From positions 21,328,001-21,392,000 of the forward strand of contig NC_043012.1 of assembly GCF_006345805.1 (NCBI RefSeq): a stretch of 64,000 bases of DNA. The letters are read 5' to 3'. The stretch is from Octopus sinensis. Lineage: Eukaryota. The position numbers and the translations under genes are program-made. Shown here piece by piece: positions 23,844 to 37,950 of this stretch. The notes under the pieces were generated by a model. The model made no database searches, had not been told where the DNA came from, and worked only from the letters and a program-made list of their open reading frames with translations. Each line of letters starts with the position of its first letter. Positions within the stretch are counted from its first letter, which is position 1.

Positions 23844-25656
23844 GTATTATTTATGTATGTATGTAAGTATGAATGTATGTATGTATGTATGTATGTATGT
23901 ATGTATGTATGTATGTATAATTATACGTCTGACAATTGCGCGTGTTTCAATACACTATTTCAAAGGCATCAAAGCTATTAATTATGAAAATATGCAAATA
24001 TGCTGGTATCTTGAAACACTTGTACAAATATAAGTTCAATCACTATGTATTAATAAATATGCGCACAGCATAATTGGGAATCTAGACTTCTTGTTAAGCA
24101 GACATTTGTTTGGACTTTGGTCAACAACTATAATCGTTGTTTGTTACGTTTTGTTATTTCTAGACAGCGTTTAAACATTTTTAACGTTGTATACACCGTC
24201 GGGTTAAAAGGTACCGCATGATGTCGAAACCGTAATGATTTCCAGTACAGCAGCTGATGATGGGATGTCTATGTTTATTTATATATTATTGTTACTGTAA
24301 TGTTTAAGTAGATGTTTGTATATTCCCATTTTTGGTTCATCATTTTGTGTAGTCTTAAGTTCTTCAGTATATCAATGTTAACCCTGATTGCAGTTCTAGT
24401 TTCTTAGGATTCTTGTATCTTCTGGTAGGGCCCAAGGTCTAATACAATTGCTTCTCTTGCCTCTTATTTTTATACTAAGGTTAAACACGGTCTTATATTT
24501 ACTTGGACCTAGACCAAGAGTTTAGTTTTTTATCAGAGTCGGGTTGCGAACTTGTTTTGTGGTTTACAAGATTTATTGGGGGTAGATATTAACTAACAAT
24601 TAGCTATAGTTGATTGTGCGTTTATGTGTATAGAGAGAGGAGGGATGTCTGCATGAGACTGTGTGTGGGTGGATGTTACATGCGTGTTGTATTTGTATGA
24701 TTATTTTATAGTATTTATAATTTAACGGAGACAATGGATTAGAAAATAATAAACCGAATTTATCATTAAAACGATGATTCATGAACAATGGCATAAAATT
24801 TTGATAAAGTGTGTGGAAAGAAATCTATGAAAATGCCAAAAAAATATAAGTGGCAGGCGGCCTATGTTTAAGTTGGTTTATATTAAGGCCTAAATATTTT
24901 ATGGCGCCTATTTTATAAATTTATTATAACTGTGAGAAAGTCTGCTGAGGAATTCATAAGGATAAGCAAGAAACACAAAAAATAGCTTTAGAATAAGAGA
25001 TAAATATTACATAACAGGTTTTTCTGCTGTACTTGTTATTATTAATATTATCATAAGTGAGACTTTTATAGTGTTTCTACCTTGCATTCCTTCATAATTT
25101 TTTTTGTATGGCATTGTAATTTATTCGTATTTTTCTCCTAATTTTTATCATTTATTTTTATCATTGTTTTAATAAAACTCGTAAAATTAGATCAGTGTCC
25201 TAAAAATCTTGAATAATTGCTGTTGAAATATTGGGAGTTAAAACTTATTCAAGGAAAACGAGTGTAATAGATGTGTGTTAAAATAAAATATTTTGAGCAT
25301 GTCTTGCCAAACAGGTAAAAATGTATATTTTGGAAACCGCTTTCTTAAACAGTAAAGTAATATTTTATTTACTAAATATTTTTTCATCGATTTTTCTCGT
25401 TAAATTCGGGAAATCCATAAGCGGTATCAGCGTTGTTTTTTTTCTTTTCCTTTCTTTTCTTCATATTTCATCCACCTACTGAAATATGATAGCTTGCTTT
25501 GAACTTATTCTATTCTATGGGAATTTGTGTTGGCTTAATACCAATAAACCTATATGTAAATTAATACATACAGACACGCGCATCCACACATAATAATAGA
25601 CATATATTCATATACATACATACACACATACATACATACATACATACATACATACA

Positions 25657-25687
<31 letters not shown>

Positions 25688-25754
25688 GTACACATACGCT
25701 ATCTTTTTCATCCCACTCTCCCTCTTCGATATGTGTGTGTGTGTGTTAGTGTTA

Positions 25755-25930
25755 GGTGGCAACCATAGAACTCGTGGATTGGCCTTCGCTGTTAAGACCA
25801 TCATTGCAAATCAAATGGCAATGTCTTGTCTTGTTGGAGACAGCATAAAGTTCTCATCACGCTGCAACTCGCTCTCTCCAAAGGTCTGTACGTCACCATC
25901 ATCAGTGCCTATGCCTCTCCACCTTGGACT
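25755..25930 (+). mobile_element. LINE (RTE-like) apurinic endonuclease fragment
   Basis: RGLAFAVKTIIA followed, after a frameshift, by GLYVTIISAYAS. This matches the GVxFAxK and TIISAYAPT motifs of LINE AP endonucleases. Confidence 0.7.
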
Positions 25931-26765
25931 CACCTGTGTGTGTGTGTGTGTGTGTGTATATGACTATAATACATACGTATATACATATACATAAGCATAT
26001 GTTTTTATGTATGTATGTATGTATGTATGTATGTATTTACGTATGTATGTGCAATGTGAAAGAGTCATGTAAGTCTTGACCATATTAGGCTTGAAAAGAA
26101 ATTACTGTGCCGGCATGGTGACCTTCGGCAAAATGAGAGAACTACTAGTAATTACTGAGGAACGAACCCATGGAATTATATAATATTTTAAAATACTTAA
26201 AGCATTAATTTCTAACATTAGCACAATGTCATATATTTCTGTGTCAAAGGCTACAGTGTATAATATCGATCCTCATTATGTTGCGAGAACTTGTTTTATC
26301 AACTCTCGAAGGGTTTGAATCAAAGATTAACTCGATAGAATCTGGACTCAGAAAGTACAGAAACATCACGAAATGCCACAAGTCGTATTGTGTGATGCTC
26401 TACCGATTATTCTAATTCACCACATTATATGTGTGCGTGACTATGTGTGTATGTGTGTGCGTGTGCGCATGCGTGGGTGTGTGCGCATGCATGGGCGTGT
26501 GCGTATGCGTGGGCGTATGCTATCGGTAAAACGTGAATCTAATAAACATTAAGCAATGTTATTTCAGCTTAAAACAAATTTTCAAGTTCTACATCCTTTT
26601 TATCTTTTAGTTTTCTTATTCATTGGAGTGCGGCCATGCTGGGGCACTGGCTAGAACGATTCTAGACGAATAAATGAACTCCAGTACTTGAGATTTTTTT
26701 TTCCCATAAAAATATTTGGTACTTATTTTACCGTTCTCTTTTGCCGAATCGCTGAGTTCGGAACT

Positions 26766-26801
<36 letters not shown>

Positions 26802-26814
26802 GCACACACACACA

Positions 26815-26860
<46 letters not shown>

Positions 26861-26875
26861 GTATATGTATGTATG

Positions 26876-26931
<56 letters not shown>

Positions 26932-26932
<1 letters not shown>

Positions 26933-27266
26933 GAGACCACTTTCGGTCATGAATGACCATAGTATTGCACCTAGAAAGTTACCCTCCCAGGCACAAGTCC
27001 GGGCAAGGTCGTTTATGGAAGACCAGCAGTCGCCCATGCATACCGGCCTCCCCTCTCCACACCACTGATGTTATCCAAGGGAAAGGCAAAGACCAATACA
27101 GGTTGGTACCTGTGACGTAGCAACTCATTTCTACAGCTGAGTGAACTGGAGCAACGTGAAATAAAGTGTCTCGTTCAAGAACACAACACACAGCCCGGTC
27201 TGGGAATCGAACTCATAAATTCATGTTCGTAAGCTCGATGCTCTAACCACTGAGCCATGTGCCTTC
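26932..27266 (-). mobile_element. Full-length SINE family C
   Basis: Reverse complement is colinear with 4483-4813 from the head GAAGGCACATGGCTCAGTGGTTAGAGC to the tail CATTCATGACCGAAAGTGGTC. Confidence 0.9.
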
Positions 27267-27300
27267 ACACACACACACACACACATGTAATATATACATA

Positions 27301-27530
27301 TATTTCTTTACTACCCACAAGGGCTAAACACTGAGGGACAAACAAGGACAGACAAAGGGATTAAGTCTATTATATCGACCCCAGTGCGTAACTGGTACTT
27401 AATTTATCGACCCCGAAAGAGATGAAGGCAAAGTCGACCTCGGCGGAATTTGAACTCGGAACGTAACGACAGACGAAATACGGCTACGCATTTCGCCGGC
27501 GTGCTAACGTTTTCTGCCAGCTCTCCGCCT
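27301..27530 (-). mobile_element. Full-length SINE family A
   Basis: TATTTCTTTACTACCCACAAGGG...CGACCCCGAAA..AAAGTCGACCTCGGCGGAATTTGAAC...CTGCCAGCTC. Confidence 0.92.
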
Positions 27531-28461
27531 TGTATAATATATATACATATATACTATGTACGCACACACGCGCAACATACATACACATAAACATACATAC
27601 ATACACACATTCATATTACTAGTCACATATTGTCAGCAGCTGGTGAAACCTAATATAAATGTCTTCCAGGGTGCACTTTTGCCCCTGCCATCTTACCCGA
27701 AATCTCATTTATCTCAAATCACTGAAAGAAATGAATATCACCGATATATTTAGTGTTATCATCGTTGTCACGTTATTGAAGTTTCATTTTGGAAAAGTTC
27801 GCGTCGTATTTCTGATATTTGCAATTGTTAATTCGTCTTTGAATCTTGCTTTAATTGTAGTTAGGCCTCGTGGGACAGGGATTATATAAAGGAAACAGAG
27901 CAGCTGAGAAGTTATAGTGATCTTAATAGACAAGCATCGCTAATATAATAGAATTCATTAAATCTGTTTTATAGACTTTCCTAGGGAAAATGTCCTTGAA
28001 CTTAGTGTAAGGAAATCGATGTTTATTAATCGCTAGAATGTATCGATTACTACATTTACATAAGCTATCTCGTATAATAAGATCACTTTCAGATCTCTTG
28101 TTCATGGCAAGTTATCTGCCTTTAATAACCTGCCGGTCCTGAAATCTTAGTAATTTTAGCTTTTAAAACAAAAATTTAAAATGAAGAATAAAGAACAAAT
28201 TCGGATGACTAAGTTTTTGATTTATTTTTATACTATATTATTTATTATTGATTATATCTATTTATTTACATCAGTTTTGAAGACATCTTTCTCTGGAATT
28301 ATTTTTAAGCCGTGTTGGAATACGACTCAAGATAAAATTCTTACAACTGTTTATGAAATCCTGAAACGAGCTACACAGAGTAAATAAACTAAGGGAAGTA
28401 ACTCTAATAAAACTCGAAAATTGAAAACGCCCCTATTCACAAAAATATCTTACACTAATTA

Positions 28462-28625
28462 TTTTCCAGGAAGATAGGAAATCCTTGGAATTTTCCAGGA
28501 AGTTTTCGACCAATTTCCCAGCAAGTTAAGAATCCATGGAACTTTCCAGGAGGTTTTCTACCAATTTTCCAGGAAGTTAGAAAATGCTTGGAACTTTCCA
28601 GGCAGTTTTCGCCCAATTTTTCAGG
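28462..28625. repeat. 51-52-bp minisatellite, about 3 copies, each with two CCAGG-containing subunits
   Basis: CCAGG/CCAGC/TCAGG at 28466, 28518, 28569, 28621 and at 28495, 28546, 28598. Confidence 0.85.
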
Positions 28626-28790
28626 GCTTCTTTCAGTTTCCGGCTTCCACCTCCACTCACAAGGCTTTGGTCGACCCGGGGCTATAGTAGAAGACACTTG
28701 CCCAAGGTACCACGCAGTGTGACTGAACCCGGAATCATGTGGTTCGTAAGTAAGTTACTTACCACACAGCCACTCCTACACCTATATATA
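28622..28790 (-). mobile_element. 5' half of SINE family B
   Basis: GGGCTTCTTTCAGTTTCC..CACTCACAAGGCTTTGGTCG..TACTTACCACACAGCCACTCCT. Confidence 0.85.
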
Positions 28791-30476
28791 TATATATACG
28801 CAGATATATGTATATACATGTATATACATATAAGTATATATAAACGTATACAAACACATGCACACGCACGTATATTTACAGACATCTGTATGTATGCATG
28901 CATGTATGTATGTACGTATGTATGTATGTTTGTGTGTGTACATATGTTTGTGTGTGCCTGTGTGCGCCTGTGTGTGTCTGTGTGTGTGTATGGTATCTGT
29001 AGATACCACACACACACACGCACACGCACACACACGTAGATGCCTTCCTGAAAGGGCATTAGTTGACTAGAGTGTACGCAAACACGTCACTTGCAGTTAA
29101 AGTCTTGGTCGTCAGGTCACGTGTTTTACGCTTTAATACCTCATTAATTTTGGATACAACTGTTTTATTTCCCATAACTTCTGCATTATAAATATTTTTG
29201 CAATTATATACTTTGGGCGTTTTAATGATGGAGATCACTTTTGTAGAAAAAAAAGAAACGTTTTCATCTTTTATGTTAAATGAGACGTCAATTCTCTTTT
29301 ATTGACACATTACATTAGCACTGGATGTTATGATGTTCATGCGTTTCCAAATAGAATAAGTGAAATGAAGGTATCTGTGTGAAGAAAATTAATGCTTTCG
29401 GATTTCCATTATAATATATTTAATGTATTTTATTATAGTACAGTATCTGCATTTAAATCAATTAGATTTTCTGGCAATTTAATCTCATTCGCATTTGATA
29501 TTTCTCCTTCGCTTGTTTAAATATCAACCAATGACATGCTTAATTTTCAAATGAGACGAACACAACAAACACTATAAACCATAACATTTGTTTAGAACAC
29601 ACGCAAACATACGCCGCCTGCATTTAAAGTCATGATTATTGGGTACATGTGTGTTTTATATCTTAACTACGTCAGTAATGTTATCGGCGGTTATTTTATT
29701 TTCCCATAACTCTTACGTAATAAATATTGGCTGAAATGCGATGACGTGATAAATGGCCATTAGCGTGGAAGGAACGTAAATCCTTTCTTAAAGACTATCC
29801 GAATGATTACGCGCCTACAACTACAGCTTGTCGCTTTTCTAAATAACGTTACCATTATATTTTCCCACATTTTACATTTGCTATTTGTACGCAAAAGAAA
29901 TCATATATTATTTTCCTATTCAGTTTTATAACATCGCGTATGCACAAATTTCCAATTAGAATATAATATAAGCAGCAAATATTGGAAACATTATATATTT
30001 CAAGAAGTTAAATAACTGTTTATTTGTCTGATTGTTTCTGAGAGGAGACGACGATGATGGATTGGAAATTAACGGAACCTAATTTGGTGTTTAAACTCTA
30101 ATTTATAAATTGACATAAGCTTCGAATCACCAGTTGAATGAAGACTTATTAAGTAAAGAGAATAATTGATTGTGCTTATGGAGGAATACGGTGAAGTGAT
30201 TACACTGGTTAGAAGATAAATAAGTAAATTCACGGAGATGAGAGAGAGAGATTATAGAAAGCCATCGTGTTTGTGTGTCCAGGTGAATTAATATGTAGGT
30301 GCAGTATGGTCAAGAAATTCGCGACATAATCACGAGGTCTTGCGTTCAAACCCATTGCACGGCTTAATGTGCAATAGTCAGTTTCTATAGCTTGGGGTAG
30401 ACCCATAACTTGTGAGTGAAATTCATTACACGGAAACTGTATAGAATCCCGTTTGAATTAGTTTGTATTTATATAA

Positions 30477-31148
30477 AGAGGTAAGAGACAACCGATTAGT
30501 TAAGAGATTAAGAGGTGAGAGATAACCGATTAGTTAAGAGATTAAGAGGTGAGAGACAACCGATTAGTTAAGAGATTAAGAGGTGAGAGACAACCGATTA
30601 GTTAAGAGATTAAAAGGTGAGAGACAACCGATTAGTTAAGAGATTAAGAGGTGAGAGACAACCGATTAGTTGAGAGATTAATAGGTGAGAGACAGCCGAC
30701 TAGTTAAGAGATTAAAAGGTGAGAGGCAACCGATTAGTTAAGAGATTAAAAGGTGAGAGACAACCGATTAGTTAAGAGATTAAGAGGTGAGAGACAGCCA
30801 ATTAGTTAAGAGATTAAGAGGTGAGAGACAACCGATTAGTTAAGAAATTAAGAGGTGAGAGACAACCGATTAGTTAAGAGATTAAGATGTAAGAGACAGC
30901 CGATTAGTTAAGAGATTAAAAGGTGAGAGACAACCGATTAGTTAAGAGATTAAGAAATAAGAGATTGCCCATTAGTTAAGAGATTAATAGGTGAGAGACA
31001 GCCGATTACTTAAGAGATTAAGATGTAAGAGACAGCCGATTAGTTAAGAGATTAAAAGGTGAGAGACAACCGATTAAGAAATTAAGAAGTAAGAGACAGC
31101 CAATTAGTTAAGAGATTAAGAGGTAAGTGACAGCCGATTAGTTAAGAG
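30477..31148. repeat. 34-bp minisatellite, about 20 copies
   Basis: Unit AAGAGGTGAGAGACAACCGATTAGTTAAGAGATT. ACCGAT occurs at 30491 and 30525. The units are head to tail with no spacers. Confidence 0.97.
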
Positions 31149-32091
31149 GTTTGCTTCGCAATTGAGATTTTCGATTCGATTCCATTTCGTATATGCCTTC
31201 TACCATAGCTTAGGGTGGATCCTCGACCTTGTGGAAGAAACAGGATAGGCGAAAACCGTGAGAAAGCTCATCTAACACACTAGATCTGCAATTGAAAAAC
31301 CTAACCCGTGGCACACACTGTGCAAGATTTATTTCTCTTTTGCAATAAAGGAACGATTACCTGAGGAATACTCCACCACTTACAATGTAATTCAATAAAT
31401 TGCTAATCCTATTAACTATACTCCCGAAATTGACATCGTGGTAACCGACGGTAGATCCAGTCACAATTTTGTGTAGCGGTGGAGAGAGAAATAAGTGGGA
31501 ACATTGACTTTTAAACACAAGGTTTGGACTCGGACAGATATGGAGAGAATGACTAACACACGAGAATGGTAAAGGCAGATGAGACATTGTAACCAAAGCA
31601 TTTCTTTATACTGAAGCAATGCAGTTATGTGACCCACGTACAGGGCAACATAGGAGACTTATAGCTATGCAAAGAAAGCTATAAGGTACCACGTTGTGCG
31701 CAACACTAGCCATCATATACAGATCGTTAACAACACCATAATTTGAAGCCAATGGTAGTGTGAAAGGAGACAATTGGTCGATTCTGATTTGAAAATGAAC
31801 ATTGTCAGGTAAACATGTTACCTTTGACAGCGGAGCGAACTTAGGTAATGTAAATTAACGTGTTTCTGTTCGGATACACACCAAAAAACAAACAGCAGGC
31901 TTGAACTTCCAGCCCCTAAAGAGGCAGTCCAATGTTTTAGCTATTTTACAATATTGCCTCTGCGCATGGCCTATCACAGAAGATTCAGTCGATATACCGA
32001 TTCGAGACCCCAAAAGCCAAGGAGGAGCCCGTAACTCTGCTGGGTCATCCCTAATAAAAGCGTTACGCTCTTGAATTTTGAAAGGATTACC

Positions 32092-32325
32092 TATTTCTTT
32101 ACTACCCTCAAGGGGCTAAACACAGAAGGGACAAACAAGGACAGACAAACGGATTTAGTCGATTATATCGACCCCAGTGCGTAACTGGTACTTATTTAAT
32201 CGACCCCGAAAGGATGAAAGGCAAAGTCGACCTGGGCGGAATTTGAACTCAGAACGTAGCGGCAGACGAAATACTGCTGAGCATTTCGCCCGGCGTGCTA
32301 ACGTTTCTGCCAGCTCGCCGCCTTC
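32092..32325 (-). mobile_element. Young full-length SINE family A with 16-bp TSD
   Basis: TSD TTTTGAAAGGATTACC at 32076-32091 and 32332-32347. Confidence 0.95.
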
Positions 32326-34345
32326 GTAATCTTTTGAAAGGATTACCGCCTACTCCGGGTCCTAAAAGCAGTCTTGTTTCACCTTGCCAAATTTCTCTAG
32401 TTAAGAAAAATTAAGGAATATTGCAGAGACAAAGAGCTGTTTACGGATGAACAGATATAAGCAGTAAAATTTGTATTGCAAGTCAAAGTGAAAGAATGAA
32501 GCGAAGCTTACCTGACGTTATTACGTACTTTGGTATGGCAGCCCCAAATTGAGTCAATTATATGTCTATGGAAATTATAAATTGGAATTCTCTTTCTTCC
32601 TGTGCTTCGTAGTGCAAAGACTTAATCCAGATCTAAAATAAATATAAAAGCAAAAGAAATTATATGAAGGATAATCTATTGAAAATATAACAGCATTTAG
32701 ATATTATTCGTAATAATGGCGGTGCCCCAGCATGGCCACAACCTCAGAGCTGAAACATATAAAAGAATAAAAGAAAAGGTGCTTATAAATAGATAGATAA
32801 ATAGAGCGATTGATAGACAGCCATGGCCTGGACCAATCTTTTGTCGAAACATATCTAAGTTTATCTAAGGTTATATGGTTTCATACACCATATATCCGAC
32901 AGTATGTATCGAACACACTTTGACATAATTCGCGAATATCCTTGACTTGAAACAAGCGTATTGTTATGCATATCCGAGTTACTTCACAACTACTGGGTAC
33001 ACTTAATTATAGACGCTTCGATCCGAGGTGGTGCAAAAGCAATGAAAACCGCAATTTTACAACGGTTTCTATTATGTAGTTATTGCCGAAATGAGACGAT
33101 TGGGCATAGCTGTTTGGATGCAGCCGATTGTGCACGGTTAACTGGACATTGAACCGGTTTTATCGACGGCACTTTCGCCCTAAAGGTAACCACGCGGCCA
33201 TGCACACACACACGCACGCACATACACACACACACATACATACATAACATAACATAACATACACACATACGTACATAACATACATACATAACATACATAC
33301 ATACATACATACACACGCAAGTACGCGTGAGCAGAAATGTACACATGCAAATAGCGTGAGGGAAAGAGAAGGAGAGGGGCAGGGGTGAGAAACCTTGTGC
33401 ATAACATATGCATACAAACATAGCTAGATTCTCTAACGCATAAACTGAAAGACAGTGCGAGAGAGGAGGGAGAGAGAGGCTGAGAAAAACAATGAAACGT
33501 CTGATGTCAAATAAGTCAGCGTCGAAACAGCAACGCCAAATAGGCGGCGCCAAAACGGCTGTGCCAAAATGACTCATACCTAGTTATTTGCGGCAAACAC
33601 AGAATTTGGATACCTGGTCTATGGATTTACAACAGGATTAGCAGTTAAAGTGTTCAAGCAAGTCATTACATACGTAGCAATCTATATCGAAATAATAGTG
33701 TGTGAAATATTAAGTACAAAGGAAAAGAAGGCCTAGAGAAACTAGTAGTGGTTTGTATGGGCAGAACATAGATGGTGAATTTAGAGATCTGGGACAAGTC
33801 CGTTTCAAGGGCAAAAGTGCAGTACGTAGCAACAATATTCTCTTCACTTCACAGCAGACGAAGCTCGATAGAACTCCACAGACTTTACTGTGTAAAGCAT
33901 TAATATATTTGTGATTTGCTGTTGTGATTGTATTTTGCAAGACACGATAATGTAACCAGTAGGAAAATAAAACTAATATAATTTGGAGAGGGAAAACTAC
34001 AGTTTGACGTTCATGTTTTTTCAACTGTATTTAGCGATGAAGACGAAGCAAAAACGTATTCAAAAGCCACGTCCATCTTGTTCGATAGAAAAATATATAC
34101 GATACCAGCCAATGTTTGTATATAGTCGTAAAAGCATCAATGTTTATAGTGAAGGAAGTGGGGGAAAATCTATGACGGTCTTGTATTACAACAAGGTCGT
34201 TAGTGATGCAAGAAAACGCAGTTCCAACTGACTAGGAATATAAACCATGCTGCAAACTCGGTTTGCGGAGATATTAATAACACACCATAGATTTCCTTCT
34301 TCCTTTCCTTCTTTCATTCTTTCTTTCTTCCTTTCTCTCTCTCAC

Positions 34346-34380
<35 letters not shown>

Positions 34381-34679
34381 ATCTTTCTATTTTATACACA
34401 TACACGCTCACGCACACGTACTCACATAATAACACAGATATACACACATATGCATACATACGTACACACACGCGCGCGCACACACACACCTAAACGCCCA
34501 AACGCACACATATATATACATATATAGATATATACATATACATACCAAACAAATCCATAAGAAAGTAAACGTATTCGCTCAAAAGCGTGGAAGCATGGAA
34601 ACAATGTTTCATTCTTATATATTCTCTCACAGCTAGGATTCCAAATAGTTACATTTATTTCAGTCCTTCTGATTCACGG

Positions 34680-35245
<566 letters not shown>

Positions 35246-36249
35246 GTAGCTGGGCCACCAAAACATCGTATTTGGGATCAAATTCATAATCAATGTTAAA
35301 ACTATTTATTTGATAAACATATTTTTAGCCTTTAGCCATGAATAAGACACTGTGGATAAACTACAGTTCTCTCAGTAACCGGGGAGAAAAATCGAGTCGG
35401 CCAAACAATTAATTTCACCTTTCGTTAAAGTCATCGTAGGGTTTCTCTTACTGTCATTTGGTTGCCAAGAGACCGTAGAGATCATTACGCTGTTTTTCTA
35501 AACATTTAACCATGTTTTAAAATGTAATCACAAATAAGTTGTGTTGGTGCCAGCTAATAAATATGTGAGGCCTACTTTGTACCGCTTTGTAAATAAGGTC
35601 GGGCCTAGCTTCAACAAGGCAATGATTACTACGATTTCTTGGCAGTCAAAGGAAAAGTAATAGAATCCTTACTATGGTTTTAACAAAACTCGAATCTAAT
35701 CGATCCTTTCGAATGAAGCGGAGAAAGTTGTGAGTTTACCACAATGTGAATTATTATACACTGCCTAATAATATAGTTATTAAACTCGACCATATGTGTG
35801 TCTGTATGTGTGCGGACGGGCATCTTCATCTCCAGCCTTGGGTTTGTTAACTGTTTCGTTTTCCACCTTAAAAGGAAAATAAGGCCGAAGAAGAGATGCT
35901 TTCCATCTAGAGTATTCGGGAAAAGATGGAAGAACGTGGCGAGCATGTTAAGAGTGAGCGAACCGAATCAAGAGAGATCGAAAAGTGAAACCAAAGGGGT
36001 TAGTGTTGGAACGTGCTGTGTCCCTCACTCCATATTTGTTGACTCGTTCATTTTTTATATACATTTATCATAAATGTTTAACTGTATATATCTTCATATT
36101 GTTATATCATTTCACCCCCACTTGTTTGTCTTTGTAACGTCCCCTCTTTATTTTGTCCTTTATGGACAGTCAAGAATAAAGTTTGAAAACGGCTACTTAA
36201 AGCTCGAAACTCATATCAGAGTAACTCACTGTAAACTAAGATTAAAATA

Positions 36250-36440
36250 AGAAGGCAACGTGGTAGAATCATTAGCACGCCAGGCGAAAAGCTTAGCGGT
36301 ATTTCGTCTGCCGCTACGTTCTGAGTTCAAATTCCGCTGAGGTCGAATTTGCCTTTCATCCTTTCGGGATTGATTAAATAAGTACCAGTTACGCACTGGG
36401 GTCGATGTGATCGACTTAATCCCTTCCCCCAAGCCACACT
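36250..36440 (+). mobile_element. SINE family A, variant tail
   Basis: GAAGGCAACGTGGTAGAATCATTAGCACGCC...GAGTTCAAATTCCGCTGAGGTCG...GCACTGGGGTCGATG. Confidence 0.85.
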
Positions 36441-36722
36441 TATTGCAAAAATTTGAAATCATTAAGATTAAAATGAAAAAAAAGAAAGCTATCTCTACTC
36501 ATCTTCAGACTGATTCGAGCCTGAAAAGGATACCGGTAAAAGTAGAAGCTGAGAGAAAAATTCGGATTGGACTTGACGTTTTGAAGGAATCGGGATTCAG
36601 AAGGAAGTAAGTGTTGCTGCAAGAAGTGGGGCTAGCAGCTCATGTTCATGTTTTTCATTTTCATTACTCATACATGTCATCATAATTGAGTTGCTTTAAT
36701 TTATTTTTAATTTTATTTCTAA

Positions 36723-37119
36723 CTAGCAGTATCGCCCGGTGTTGCTCGGGTTTGTAAGGGAAATAACTATATAAACATTTTTAGAGAGTTATAGCCAAAA
36801 AATAGCAAAAAAATGTATTAAAAATGGAACAAAAATGATGGTAATTTTTTTTTTAAATCGTTGACTCATCGTAGACATTTTTAGAGAGTTACTTCCCTTA
36901 TATAATGGTGGAAAAAATGCATTAAAATGGAAAAAAATTATAGTAAATTTTTTTTAATCGTAGACTCATCGTAGACGCGCGCTAATACCCAGAAGGGCTC
37001 GATATGAATCACGACTATAAGATACCCGGTTTTGGTTAAACTGCACCGCAAAATGTAGGAGTAGTTAGGAATCTAAATCGTAGGAGACAGACACACAACT
37101 TCTCTTTTATATATAAAGA
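36723..37119 (-). mobile_element. Non-autonomous Helitron (397 bp) with internal module duplication
   Basis: On the minus strand: 5' TC(TTTATATATAAAAG), 3' hairpin CCCGAGCAACACCGGG, terminal CTAG, inserted between A and T. Confidence 0.88.
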
Positions 37120-37199
37120 TTTTTGTGTTATATGTCCCCACATATGTTTGTCTTGTCCCATCTGTGTTGGCCCCTTGTGAAAATAAAAAAGAATCACCT

Positions 37200-37950
37200 A
37201 ATTCTTAGTGTAGGTTTTGAAGAGTGAAGTTCGATTTTAAGTTATTTTTCAAAGCTGTAATGGAAGTGACAAAGGAGCATATTCAGCATATTTTGCTTTA
37301 GGAGTTCAAGAAAGGCAACAACGCAATGGAAAGTGCGAGGAATATTAATGCAGTATATGGGGATTGGACAATAAGCGTAAGCCATTATCAACAGTGGTAC
37401 CAGAAATTCAAAGTCAGAAACTACAGCCTAGAAGACGAGACTTGTCCTGAAAGATCTGTAGAGTTTGACGAAAATTTCCTGCAAACACTAGTGGAACAAA
37501 ATCCCATCGTAACTATTGAGGAACTAGCAGAGAAGCTTGGATTCAACTATTCATCGACACCTGCGTGCCATCAGAAGAGTCAGCAAATTGGTTTCAAAAC
37601 GAAAGGTGTTCTTCCATCAGGATAATGCTTGGCCATATACAACGAGGATGACACTCCAAAAACTGGAGCAGTTTCAATGGGAAACGATGAACCATCCACC
37701 ATATTTGCCGGACATTCCCCCATTTTATTATCATTTAAAAATCTTCAAAATCAGTCTTCAAAATTATTTGGATGGAAAAAATATCAATTTTGTAGATGAG
37801 GTTAGAACAGTACTGGTAGGGTATTTTTTTGTCATGGACAATTTTGGAAGAGGGTCCTTGCAAATCTACCAGATAAGATGGAAGAGCGTTGTAGAAAATA
37901 TAGGAGAGTATATTTTAGATTATCTTGAAGTATAAAAAACCGCATTATTA
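37200..37950 (+). mobile_element. Internally deleted mariner transposon, same family as 13688-14586
   Basis: MEVTKEHIQHILL*EFKKGNNAMESARNI from ATG 37260. It jumps from RVSKL directly to VSKRKVFFHQDNAW at ~37590, then HPPYLPDIPP. Partial right TIR AAAAACCGCATTATT. Confidence 0.92.

Noticed and set aside
30477-31148. CRISPR-like appearance of the ~34-bp repeat
   Set aside because: The units are contiguous with no unique spacers, there are no cas genes, and the context is eukaryotic.
32040-32060. TGGGTCATCCC resembling the mariner TIR
   Set aside because: Only an 11-bp match, with no TA flank or further similarity.
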